From contig CAYNFK010000006.1 in NCBI GenBank assembly GCA_964396405.1, forward strand, positions 7,971-71,970: a stretch of 64,000 bases of DNA, given 5' to 3'. A model generated the notes under the pieces. It saw nothing but the letters and a program-made list of their open reading frames with translations, ran no database searches and had not been told where the DNA came from. This document shows positions 31,511 to 39,240 of the stretch, one piece after another (positions within the stretch are counted from its first letter, which is position 1; every line of letters begins with the position of its first letter). A program made the translations under genes and the position numbers. The DNA is from an uncultured Enterobacteriaceae bacterium (GTDB lineage Bacteria; Myxococcota_A; UBA796; GCA-2862545).

Positions 31511-32526
31511 GCGCTCACCCGCACCACGATCTTCCCCACATGACCACCCGAGGCCATGCGCTGGAAGGCCGCGGGCACGTCCTCGAAGGCGTAGGTCTGG
31601 TCGAGCACGGGCCGCACCTCGGGGTGGGCCTCCAGCGCCCGCACCAGGGCTTCGAGGTCGGCCCGCGACCCCACCAGGATGCCGGTGATCTTCACGCCGT
31701 GCATGAACACCCGCGCCAGCGTGAGCTCCAGCTTGCCGCCGCCCAGCACGCCGATCAGCGCGATGCGACCCCCGGGTCGAATGCAGCGCAGCGACTGCTC
31801 CAGCGTGCCCGCGCCGCCCAGCTCCACCACCACGTCGGCCCCGCGGCCCTCGGTCCACTCCATGACGGAACGACCCCACGCGGGCTCGTCGACGTAGGAG
31901 ATCACGTGGTCGGCACCGAGCTGACGGGCGACCTCTCCCTTCTCCAAGCGCGACGTGGTGAGCACCACCCGTGCCCCCACCATCTTCGCCACCTGCACGG
32001 CGAACAGCGACACGCCGCCCGTGCCTTGGGTGAGCACCACCGACCCGGGCTGCGCGCCGCCATCGGTGACCACAGCCCGCCACGCCGTGACGCCTGCGCA
32101 GGGCAGCGTAGCCGCCTCTTCGGGCGTGTAGTGCGCTGGCGGCAGGGCCAGCGCGGAGGCCGGCACCACCATCGACTCCCGCAGCGTGCCATCCAGCGGG
32201 CCGCCGATCGTCTGGAAGTGCAGGCCGTAGGGGATCGCGCCGTCGATCCACGTGGCGTGGAAGGCCACCACCGCGCGCTGACCGGCCGTCCACCCGATCA
32301 CGCCGGGGCCGACGGACTCCACGATGCCCTCGACGTCGGAGCAGGGCACGAGCCGCGCGGGCATGCGCGGGTGGTACTCCCCGCGGATCATCATCAGGTC
32401 GCGGTAGTTCAGGCTGACGGCGCGCACACGCAGCCGCACCTCCCCCGGACCCGGCACCGGCTCAGGGAGGTCGACGAGGTGCAGGTGCTCGATGCCCAGC
32501 CCGCCTTCCAACACCCATCCGCGCAT
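31507..32526 (-). CDS. zinc-type/MDR-family NAD(P)H quinone oxidoreductase-like dehydrogenase
   Basis: Start at MRGWVLE. GEVRLRVRAVSLNYRD and the Rossmann motif LTQGTGGVSLFAVQVAKMVGARV. Confidence 0.85.
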   Translation of the reverse strand: MRGWVLEGGLGIEHLHLVDLPEPVPGPGEVRLRVRAVSLNYRDLMMIRGEYHPRMPARLVPCSDVEGIVESVGPGVIGWTAGQRAVVAFHATWIDGAIPYGLHFQTIGGPLDGTLRESMVVPASALALPPAHYTPEEAATLPCAGVTAWRAVVTDGGAQPGSVVLTQGTGGVSLFAVQVAKMVGARVVLTTSRLEKGEVARQLGADHVISYVDEPAWGRSVMEWTEGRGADVVVELGGAGTLEQSLRCIRPGGRIALIGVLGGGKLELTLARVFMHGVKITGILVGSRADLEALVRALEAHPEVRPVLDQTYAFEDVPAAFQRMASGGHVGKIVVRVSA

Positions 32527-32576
32527 GGCCACCTCCGACCCCTGCGCCCTACCCGACCGCAGCACCCCCGGCCCGA

Positions 32577-33056
32577 TCAGGCCGTCAGCGGGCCATCCGC
32601 CACGATCACGCCGTCTTCGTCGGCGGCCAGCCAGGCGCCCTTCCAGAAGGTGACGCCGCCGAACCGCACCGGCTCGTCCACCCGACCTACGTTGCGCTTG
32701 ATGCTCTTACGAGGATGCGCCGCCAGCGCGAGCACGCCCACCGCTGTGGCACCCAGCTCCGCCGTGTCGCGCACGCAGCCGTTCACGATGAGGCCGGCCC
32801 AGCCGTTCTGGAGGGCGAGCACCCCGAGGTTACCGCCCACCAGGGCGCAGCGGAGCGAGCCGCCGCCGTCGACCACGAGCACAGCACCCTCCCCCGGGGT
32901 CTCGAGCGCAGCGCGCACCAGGCCGTTGTCCTCAAACACCGCGAGCGTGCGCACGCGGCCGGCGAAGCGCTTCGTACCGCCGAAGTGCGTGAGGATGGGC
33001 TCGAGCACGTCGGCGTCGGGGTGGGCGTCGGAGAGGTCGGTGGTGGCGTAGGACAT
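32577..33056 (-). CDS. rraA: RraA family protein (RNase E regulator / 4-hydroxy-4-methyl-2-oxoglutarate aldolase family)
   Basis: The C-terminal 159 aa of ORF 32577..34586: [70 protein letters not shown]. Confidence 0.85.
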   Translation of the reverse strand: MSYATTDLSDAHPDADVLEPILTHFGGTKRFAGRVRTLAVFEDNGLVRAALETPGEGAVLVVDGGGSLRCALVGGNLGVLALQNGWAGLIVNGCVRDTAELGATAVGVLALAAHPRKSIKRNVGRVDEPVRFGGVTFWKGAWLAADEDGVIVADGPLTA

Positions 33057-33067
33057 GCGGGCTCCGG

Positions 33068-34981
33068 TCAGGGGCAGGCGGGAACCTCGACGGTCCACAC
33101 CCCCTCCAGCGTGTTCCCTTCTACGGTCGCGGTGCCGCGGCAACCCACAAAGGTCACCTCGATGCGTGCGCGCACGGCGCCTTCGGGCACGCCGAGGATC
33201 AGCGGGTTGTTGGTGCCGGGCGCCCCCACCGTAGACGCCACCGAGATCAGGATCTCCTCTGTGCCGGGCAGCACGGCGTCGGCCGCATCGTAGAAGACAG
33301 GGCGCGCCACGGCGCCTGCCACCGACAGGTCGGTGCGCGGCCCCACCTGCAGCGCCAGCCAGCGTGTGCCCTCGGCGGCCTGCCAGCGCACCACCTGCGC
33401 TTGGGCATCCGCGGCCTCGGCCTCGGCGTGGCTGCTCCACCACACCAGCACCGACCACGCGCCGCTGGGGTCCTGCACGGGCTGGAGGAAGCTCGCGTAG
33501 TGATGGGCCGCGGGCATCGGCAGGTCCACCACCGTGAACCGACCGCAGGTCGTGTCGTAGCAGTCGGGGCGCTGCAGGTAGGCCCGCTGGTTCATCTTCG
33601 GAAAGGGTCCGGCATCGCGCCCGAAGGTGACCAACACGTCCATCCAGCCATCGGCGTTCACGTCCCACTGCGCGCTCGGGAGCCACGCGATGTGGGTGAC
33701 GGGGGATGGCGGGGCCGCCAGCGCCCGGCTCAGCGGACCGGACTCCTCGAAGCCGTCGCCGGCTGCACGGGGACACAGCACCGAGACCGGCCACCTGCTC
33801 GACAATGTCGACACCAGCAGGCAGTCCTGCACCACGCGACCGGTCGGCGTGTCGGTGGGGAAGCGCACCATCGACGCCCCCATCGGCGTGAAGCAACCCG
33901 GCGACGACGACCCGCACACAGGCTCCAGGAACAGCGCGCCGTCCACCACGGCGCCCGTCAGGGAGTCGCGCGTGGGCTCGATGAACGTGTCGGGAACGCG
34001 CCGACCGCCCGGGAGGTACCAGCTGTAGTCGTGCGTGACGCCCGGCAGCACGCCGGTGGCGAACAGCAGGGCCCACGGGCGCACCGTCGGCTGCAGCGCG
34101 TAGGGCACCAGCGACCAGCCAAAGATGCCCGGCACGTCGTCGAAGCGCCCGACCTCCAGCACCAGGTCGTCGGTTGTGGCCGTTCGCAGCACAGCCAGGA
34201 TGTGGTCCGACCGATCCGCCTTCCACACCGGGAACACCAGGTCCATCCGGCCGTCGTTCTCGAGGTCCACCACCCCCAGCGGACCCCCGTCGGCGAACGA
34301 GAAGGCGGGCCCGGCCGTGCGGTAGGGTGCCGGTGTGAACTGCCCGGTGCCGTCGTTCCACCACAGCGGTGCCACCGCATCCGCCTCGTCGCCATTCACG
34401 ATGCCGCCCACGAGATCCGCGTCCCCGTCCCGATCCACGTCGAGCAGGGTGACGGTCGACAAGGAGCGCGTGATCGTGCCGCCCACCAGCCGGTCGGACA
34501 GCGGCTCGCCCACCACCAGCGTGCCCAGCGCCGGGTCGTAGCGGACCCATGGCGAGATCACGTCGACGCCATCGGCGTTCGGGCACACCTGGTTGGCCAG
34601 CAGCGCCTCCACGTGACCGTCGCCGTCGATGTCGGCGATGGCGATCGCCATGGCGCGGGCGCGGCGGCCGTCAGCGACGAGGGGCACACAGTCAGCGAGC
34701 GCCGCTTGGAGTTCATCGGAGAACAGCACGCCGTCGAGGGTGGGTCCGGGCGGCAGGTCGGTGTCGGCGATGGTGTCGGTGTCGGTGTCGGGAGGCGCGT
34801 CGGTGTCCGTCTCGTCGGTGGTGTCGGTCTCGGGAGGGGAGTCGGTGTCTGTGTCCGTGACCGTGTCGGTCTCGGTCTCCGTGACGTCGTCGGTGGCGGT
34901 GTCGGCAGCGTCCGGCCTGGGCGGCACGCAGCCGACCGCGAAGATCCACGCCGCAAGTGTAGGAGGACCCCTGTTTCTCAC
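33068..34981 (-). CDS. FG-GAP/VCBS repeat lipoprotein with an Asp/Thr-rich linker
   Basis: AWIFAVGC lipobox and a DTDTD linker. Repeated [29 protein letters not shown] and [10 protein letters not shown] Ca-binding-type loops. Confidence 0.75.
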   Translation of the reverse strand: MRNRGPPTLAAWIFAVGCVPPRPDAADTATDDVTETETDTVTDTDTDSPPETDTTDETDTDAPPDTDTDTIADTDLPPGPTLDGVLFSDELQAALADCVPLVADGRRARAMAIAIADIDGDGHVEALLANQVCPNADGVDVISPWVRYDPALGTLVVGEPLSDRLVGGTITRSLSTVTLLDVDRDGDADLVGGIVNGDEADAVAPLWWNDGTGQFTPAPYRTAGPAFSFADGGPLGVVDLENDGRMDLVFPVWKADRSDHILAVLRTATTDDLVLEVGRFDDVPGIFGWSLVPYALQPTVRPWALLFATGVLPGVTHDYSWYLPGGRRVPDTFIEPTRDSLTGAVVDGALFLEPVCGSSSPGCFTPMGASMVRFPTDTPTGRVVQDCLLVSTLSSRWPVSVLCPRAAGDGFEESGPLSRALAAPPSPVTHIAWLPSAQWDVNADGWMDVLVTFGRDAGPFPKMNQRAYLQRPDCYDTTCGRFTVVDLPMPAAHHYASFLQPVQDPSGAWSVLVWWSSHAEAEAADAQAQVVRWQAAEGTRWLALQVGPRTDLSVAGAVARPVFYDAADAVLPGTEEILISVASTVGAPGTNNPLILGVPEGAVRARIEVTFVGCRGTATVEGNTLEGVWTVEVPACP

Positions 34982-35048
34982 TGCGCTTTGCCGTCCGCGC
35001 CCTAGACTACACCCGGCTCCGGCGCGCCGCCTGCGATAGTCGCCGCCG

Positions 35049-36650
35049 ATGCAGTGCCGTCACCACCCCATCTGTCCCGGTTGCCCCCTCCTCGACCGGT
35101 CCTACGAAGAGCAGCTCCAGATCAAGCGCGACCGCTTGGATCGGGCGCTCGCGCGCTACCCGCACTTGGGCCTGCGCGCGCCGCCGGTGCGTCCGGCGCT
35201 GCGCGAAGAAGGCTACCGCCACCGGCTCAAGCTGCCGGTCGATGTGGGCCGCGACCATGTGGCGGCCGGCCTCTACGACCGCCGAAACGGCAAGATCGTC
35301 GACACGCCCGACTGCCCCGTGCTGGTGGAGGGCCTGCGCGAGACGCTGCAGAACGTGCTGGTGTGGCTGCGCAACAAGAGTGGGGTGCACAGCATCGACC
35401 TGCGCTGGTCGGACGCGAGCCAGGCGGCCCAGCTCGTGGTGGCCTGCGAGGGCGCGAGCCTCCCGGGTGGCAAGCGCAGCGCCGAGGCGCTGTGCAAGGC
35501 GGTGCCGGCGATCGTGTCGGTGGCGGTGTCTGAGGCCGATCCCGAGGGCAAGCGCGTGATGGGGCGCTCCCCCACCGTGTTGTTCGGCGAGCCGTGGATC
35601 GACGAAGCCATCGGCAGCACCCACTACCGCCTCCTGCCCGGCAGCTTCTTCCAGGCCGACCCCCAGAACGCCGCCGTGCTGCACGAGCGGGTGAAGGCGC
35701 TGGTGGGTCGCGCGAGCACCGTGCTCGACCTCTACGCGGGCGTGGGGGCGTACGCGCTGGCGCTGGCGCCGGGCCGCGAGCGCGTGCTGGCCGTCGAGGA
35801 GGTGCCGCAGGCCGCCGAGTCGGCGCGCGCGATGGCTCCGCCCAACGTGGAGGTGCTCACCTCCCGGGTGGAAGACCTCAACTTGCGCGAGCCCTTCGAC
35901 GTGGCCGTGATCAACCCCGCCCGTCGCGGCAGCGATCCCGATGCGCTCGGTCGTCTGGCTTCGCTGGCGAAGCGCCTCGTGTATGTGTCGTGCGGTCCGG
36001 AGGCCCTCGCGCGCGACCTCGACATCCTCGCAGCGCACGGGATGAAGGTGGTGGCGATGGAGGCCATCGACCTGTTCCCCCAGACGCCCGAGGTGGAGAC
36101 GATCGTGCACCTCTCGAAGGGCCCGCCGCTGAAGACCTGGCCCGTGCAGGGCGGTCGTGCCGGTGGACCCTGGCTGGGCTTCCCGAGCGGTGCCGTAGGA
36201 CGTCCCGACGAGGTGCTCGTGCTCGTGATCGGCGACCCCGGTCCGAAGGGTGCGCTGATGGGCGCGAACTTCGTGCGCGAGGGTCTGTTCGCCGGCCACG
36301 CGCTGCTGCGCCTGTTCCTGCGGGGTCCCCTGGAGCTCGCGCTGGGCGCGCTGCAGCGTAAGGGCCACAGCGTGGCCGGCACCGACGGCAAGACCGCCCG
36401 CTTCTTCGCCGAGAAGACCGGCCTCGTGCGCCCGTTCGTGCACATCCTGCGCGCGGGCGACGCCTTCGCGCCCCCGCACGGCGACCTCACCGAGGCGCTC
36501 GACACCCTGGCCGATCACCGCCCGAACCGTGACGGGCGTCCGCCGAAGCCTCCCAAGTCATCGAACCTGGTTCTCCGCGATGGACCGCCGCGCCGGGACG
36601 GGCCGAAGGGGCGGGGCGGGCCGCCGAGGGGGAGGCCGAAGGGGCGGTGA
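35049..36650 (+). CDS. RumA/RlmD-like SAM-dependent RNA (uracil-5) methyltransferase fused to a degenerate RluA-like C-terminal region and an Arg/Gly/Pro-rich tail
   Basis: N-terminal Cys cluster (CRHHPICPGCP..DCP), FFQADP, the SAM motif VLDLYAGVGAYALALA, VINPARRG and YVSCGPEALARD. After that come GRPDEVLVLVIGD and LLRLFLRGPLELALGALQRKGHSVAGTDG..VRPFVHIL, which resemble pseudouridine synthase motifs. Confidence 0.8.
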   Translation: MQCRHHPICPGCPLLDRSYEEQLQIKRDRLDRALARYPHLGLRAPPVRPALREEGYRHRLKLPVDVGRDHVAAGLYDRRNGKIVDTPDCPVLVEGLRETLQNVLVWLRNKSGVHSIDLRWSDASQAAQLVVACEGASLPGGKRSAEALCKAVPAIVSVAVSEADPEGKRVMGRSPTVLFGEPWIDEAIGSTHYRLLPGSFFQADPQNAAVLHERVKALVGRASTVLDLYAGVGAYALALAPGRERVLAVEEVPQAAESARAMAPPNVEVLTSRVEDLNLREPFDVAVINPARRGSDPDALGRLASLAKRLVYVSCGPEALARDLDILAAHGMKVVAMEAIDLFPQTPEVETIVHLSKGPPLKTWPVQGGRAGGPWLGFPSGAVGRPDEVLVLVIGDPGPKGALMGANFVREGLFAGHALLRLFLRGPLELALGALQRKGHSVAGTDGKTARFFAEKTGLVRPFVHILRAGDAFAPPHGDLTEALDTLADHRPNRDGRPPKPPKSSNLVLRDGPPRRDGPKGRGGPPRGRPKGR

Positions 36651-36656
36651 CGACCC

Positions 36657-36833
36657 CTACACCACCGGCTCCCGATCGAGGTCGGCGTAGGGGTAATGGC
36701 CGTGCTCGATGAGCTTGGCGAACAGGGCCTCAGTGCCGTTCTCGCGGGCGTAGTCCAGCTCCGAGCGATGGATGCGGACGGCAGCCATCAGCCTGGCATG
36801 ATCGTCGAAGGCGGCGCACTGCTCGGCGTCCAT
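36657..36833 (-). CDS. small hypothetical protein (58 aa)
   Basis: Only the C-terminal part of ORF 36657..36995 looks protein-like (MDAEQCAAFDDHARLMAAVRIHRSELDYARENGTEALFAKLIEHGHYPYADLDREPVV). The call is weak. Confidence 0.3.
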   Translation of the reverse strand: MDAEQCAAFDDHARLMAAVRIHRSELDYARENGTEALFAKLIEHGHYPYADLDREPVV

Positions 36834-37419
36834 GACCAGCCGGGCCGTCACGGGGCGTTCGCAGGCATGGCCCACCCGACGCCGTTGGCGAGCGAGCGGC
36901 TGGTGTGTCGAGGCAGTCCGGGCAGGGACGCAAGGACCCCACGACTCGTCGCCGCCGGAGACGTACACCGTTGTGGCATTGGTCGTGCTGACCAAAAAAC
37001 TGGGACGCCGTCGCGCAAGTCAGAGCCACGCCGTTTCTGATCGGCCTCCACTTCAGCGAGCGCGACATGGCCTGGATGACGAATAGCGCGCTTCGGTCCT
37101 AGCCACCCCAGCTTCACCGCTGGCGGAGCGCTCGTGAGGTTCCGCGGCCCATGTTGGGCCTTGTTCGTGGCATGCCAGCTTGTGGCGGGAGTCTCCCAAA
37201 GTCGGTCGCGGACGCCCCTTCGACCATCGCAGCCTCGCTAGTGCCGTCGAGACGACCGACCATTCCGGGGTGCCCAGAGCGCATTTGGGCCATCCACGTT
37301 CGTCCGTCTCTTGCCCCCGCCGGACTTGAACCCCATTCTCCTGATGACATTGCAGCCGAGGAGCCCCATCGGACCGGATGGCATCGGCGGAATTCTTAGA
37401 TTCGGTTCCACAAAGTGCC

Positions 37420-37447
37420 TTGACACGCCAAGCGGCGCGTCTAGAGA
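37420..37447 (+). promoter_or_regulatory. candidate sigma70-like promoter (TTGACA-N16-TAGAGA)
   Basis: Read directly from the sequence, about 35 nt upstream of the GGGAGGAG RBS and ATG at 37482. Confidence 0.3.
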
Positions 37448-37481
37448 TCCACGTCGCATGAATCGCGGGAGGAGACGTCAG

Positions 37482-37757
37482 ATGGCGGAAGACAAGAAGG
37501 GGCCGATGGAGAAGACTGGTGGCGCAGGCGCCGCCTCGGGCAGAGCCGACGGCGCAGGCGCGTCATTTTACGGTATCGCGAGTGATGGTGCCGGCTCGCG
37601 GCGCATCCCGATCCAGAAGGGTGCTGGCGCAGCCGGCGGTCTGGGTTCGTCCGACCCATTCGCAGCGGCCGCGATAAATCCGCAGGGATCGGCGGGGGGA
37701 CCCAACCCCGCGCCCGGGTCGAGCGGTTCTTCGACCAACGGTTCGTCAAAGAAGTGA
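37482..37757 (+). CDS. small Gly/Ala/Ser-rich, probably disordered protein (91 aa)
   Basis: Internal ATG of ORF 37311..37757, preceded by GGGAGGAG. The sequence is MAEDKKGPMEKTGGAGAASGRADGAGASFYG...GSSGSSTNGSSKK. Its stop overlaps the GTG start of the CHAT gene (GTGA). Confidence 0.45.
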   Translation: MAEDKKGPMEKTGGAGAASGRADGAGASFYGIASDGAGSRRIPIQKGAGAAGGLGSSDPFAAAAINPQGSAGGPNPAPGSSGSSTNGSSKK

Positions 37758-39151
37758 CGGCACGGGTCTCCCAGGAGCGAACCGTCGTCCTACTTCAAAC
37801 CGGCGATTTACGCGAGTACATCGTCGTCAGGGTCGAGAACTCTGGGACGAACGATGAGATCTTCAAGGAGTACTGGGAGTTCTACATCACGGACTCCGTG
37901 AACCGCTACCCGTACGCCTCCGATGGCGTCCTCGGTGAGGCCCCGCCACACTACAAGTGGGGGCCGCTCCACGGAAGGTTCGTCATCGCAGTCCAGCTTC
38001 GCGATCGCACGCTGCGACCGGGCGAGGTCCGCTACATCGGGGCCGGCGCGCTCCGGGTAAAGCGCGCGACGGTCGACGGGGTCGCGATCAGTCTCGACGA
38101 TCCCTGCTTGGAGTTCGACGGGCCAGAGCAGTCGTCCGTGCACGTGGTGTTCCCATTTCGTGCAGAGGGGTGGGCGATCACCACAAAGGACATGACCGCA
38201 TGTACTCACGTGGCATCTACGTCGTTCATCCCAAGTCCGGACGAACCGCGGCACGTCCAGGTACGCGGGACTCACCCCCGCCGGCCGCTGTGGACCGAAC
38301 TCGTCAAGCTCGATGTCCGGGTCGCCATGCTTCGGGCCGTCGTCGCGGCCGACGCGTGCGGAGAGGATGTGGCCATCCTCGCGCCTGCGCACGACGACCC
38401 GCTTCGCTCGCAGTGGGACAGCCTGTTAAGCGAAATCCGCTTCAATTCCGCCGAACCCGTCGCGACCCGTCAAGCCAGTTACCGGGCCCACCTTCGGCGA
38501 CTGCAAGACAGCCGTCCAGCGTTGGCGGCAAGGATGCCGTCAATGCCCGATACCGTCAGCGTGCTCTACCTCGCCTCCAGCCCCGTCGACGCGACGACGC
38601 TCGGGACCGACGAGGAAGCGCGAGAGATTCGTGACGAGCTCCAACGCGCCGAACTTCGCGACAAGTTCGAGTTCGTCGTCCGTCAAGCCGTCCGCGCCGA
38701 GGACCTGCAACGCCACGTCCTACGCGAAAGGCCCGTCGTGCTCCACTTCAGCGGCCACGGAGCAGAAGACGAAGGGCTGGTCTTCGAGGATCGCGACCGC
38801 CTCGGCGTAATTGTGTCCGCCGGTGCACTCGCCCGGTTGCTAAAAGCGGCCGAAGGTCCGACCCGCGTCGTGCTGTTGAACGCCTGTTACTCGGCCCATC
38901 ACGTCGAGGAGCTCGCCAAGGCCGTCGACGTGGTCATCGCAATGACTCGCGTCGTGCAGGATCATGCGGCAGTTCGCTTCGCGGCAGCGTTCTACCGAGC
39001 CCTCGCGTTCGGCAGTTCGGTGTCCGCAGCTTTCAATCTCGCGGTGAACGAGCTGGAGATACTCGGCATCACTGGTGAGACCGACGTTCCGTCGATGCAC
39101 ACGCGCGCAGGGGTCATCGCCAGCGACATCTTCCTCGCGCCACCGCGGTAG
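37754..39151 (+). CDS. protein with an unassigned N-terminal ~270 aa and a C-terminal CHAT (caspase-like) protease domain
   Basis: The C-terminal 190 aa reads SVLYLASSP...RPVVLHFSGHG (His), TRVVLLNACYS (Cys) and VVIAMTRVVQDHAAVRFAAAFYRALAFGSSVSAAF, the CHAT tail pattern. Confidence 0.8.
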   Translation: MTARVSQERTVVLLQTGDLREYIVVRVENSGTNDEIFKEYWEFYITDSVNRYPYASDGVLGEAPPHYKWGPLHGRFVIAVQLRDRTLRPGEVRYIGAGALRVKRATVDGVAISLDDPCLEFDGPEQSSVHVVFPFRAEGWAITTKDMTACTHVASTSFIPSPDEPRHVQVRGTHPRRPLWTELVKLDVRVAMLRAVVAADACGEDVAILAPAHDDPLRSQWDSLLSEIRFNSAEPVATRQASYRAHLRRLQDSRPALAARMPSMPDTVSVLYLASSPVDATTLGTDEEAREIRDELQRAELRDKFEFVVRQAVRAEDLQRHVLRERPVVLHFSGHGAEDEGLVFEDRDRLGVIVSAGALARLLKAAEGPTRVVLLNACYSAHHVEELAKAVDVVIAMTRVVQDHAAVRFAAAFYRALAFGSSVSAAFNLAVNELEILGITGETDVPSMHTRAGVIASDIFLAPPR

Positions 39152-39174
39152 CAATCGCGCCGTCTGAACTCGAC

Positions 39175-39219
39175 CGCGGCCCGGCGTGCATGCACCCGCC
39201 CACGTTGGAAGGGCCCGCG
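39175..39219. terminator. GC-rich hairpin between convergent CHAT and RT genes (candidate bidirectional terminator)
   Basis: CGCGGCCC...GGGCCCGCG forms a stem with one bulge. It encloses the 10-bp palindrome GTGCATGCAC. There is no U-tract. Confidence 0.3.
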
Positions 39220-39240
39220 AGAACGATCTAGAAGCCTGAC

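Noticed and set aside
30446-32293. A 615-aa ORF that looks like a single long gene.
   Set aside because: Its N-terminal 260 aa are Arg/Gly-rich nonsense overlapping the MDR dehydrogenase gene in another frame. The real gene starts at the GTG at 31510, overlapping the dehydrogenase stop.
32577-34586. A 669-aa ORF.
   Set aside because: Only the last 159 aa (RraA) are protein-like. The rest is off-frame, overlapping the FG-GAP lipoprotein gene (33068..34981).
35007-36518. A 503-aa minus-strand ORF, plus several plus-strand off-frame ORFs, over the methyltransferase gene.
   Set aside because: These are shadow ORFs. The 35049..36650 frame carries the SAM-methyltransferase motifs.
37316-37334. 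A minus-strand GGTTCAAGTCCGGCGGGGGCA stretch resembling a tRNA T-loop plus acceptor end.
   Set aside because: The 5 nt before the TTCAAGT loop (TGGGG) pair with CCGGC at only 2 of 5 positions. No anticodon or D arm can be drawn upstream. At best it is a decayed tRNA or att relic, so it is kept as a note in a finding rather than called as a tRNA.
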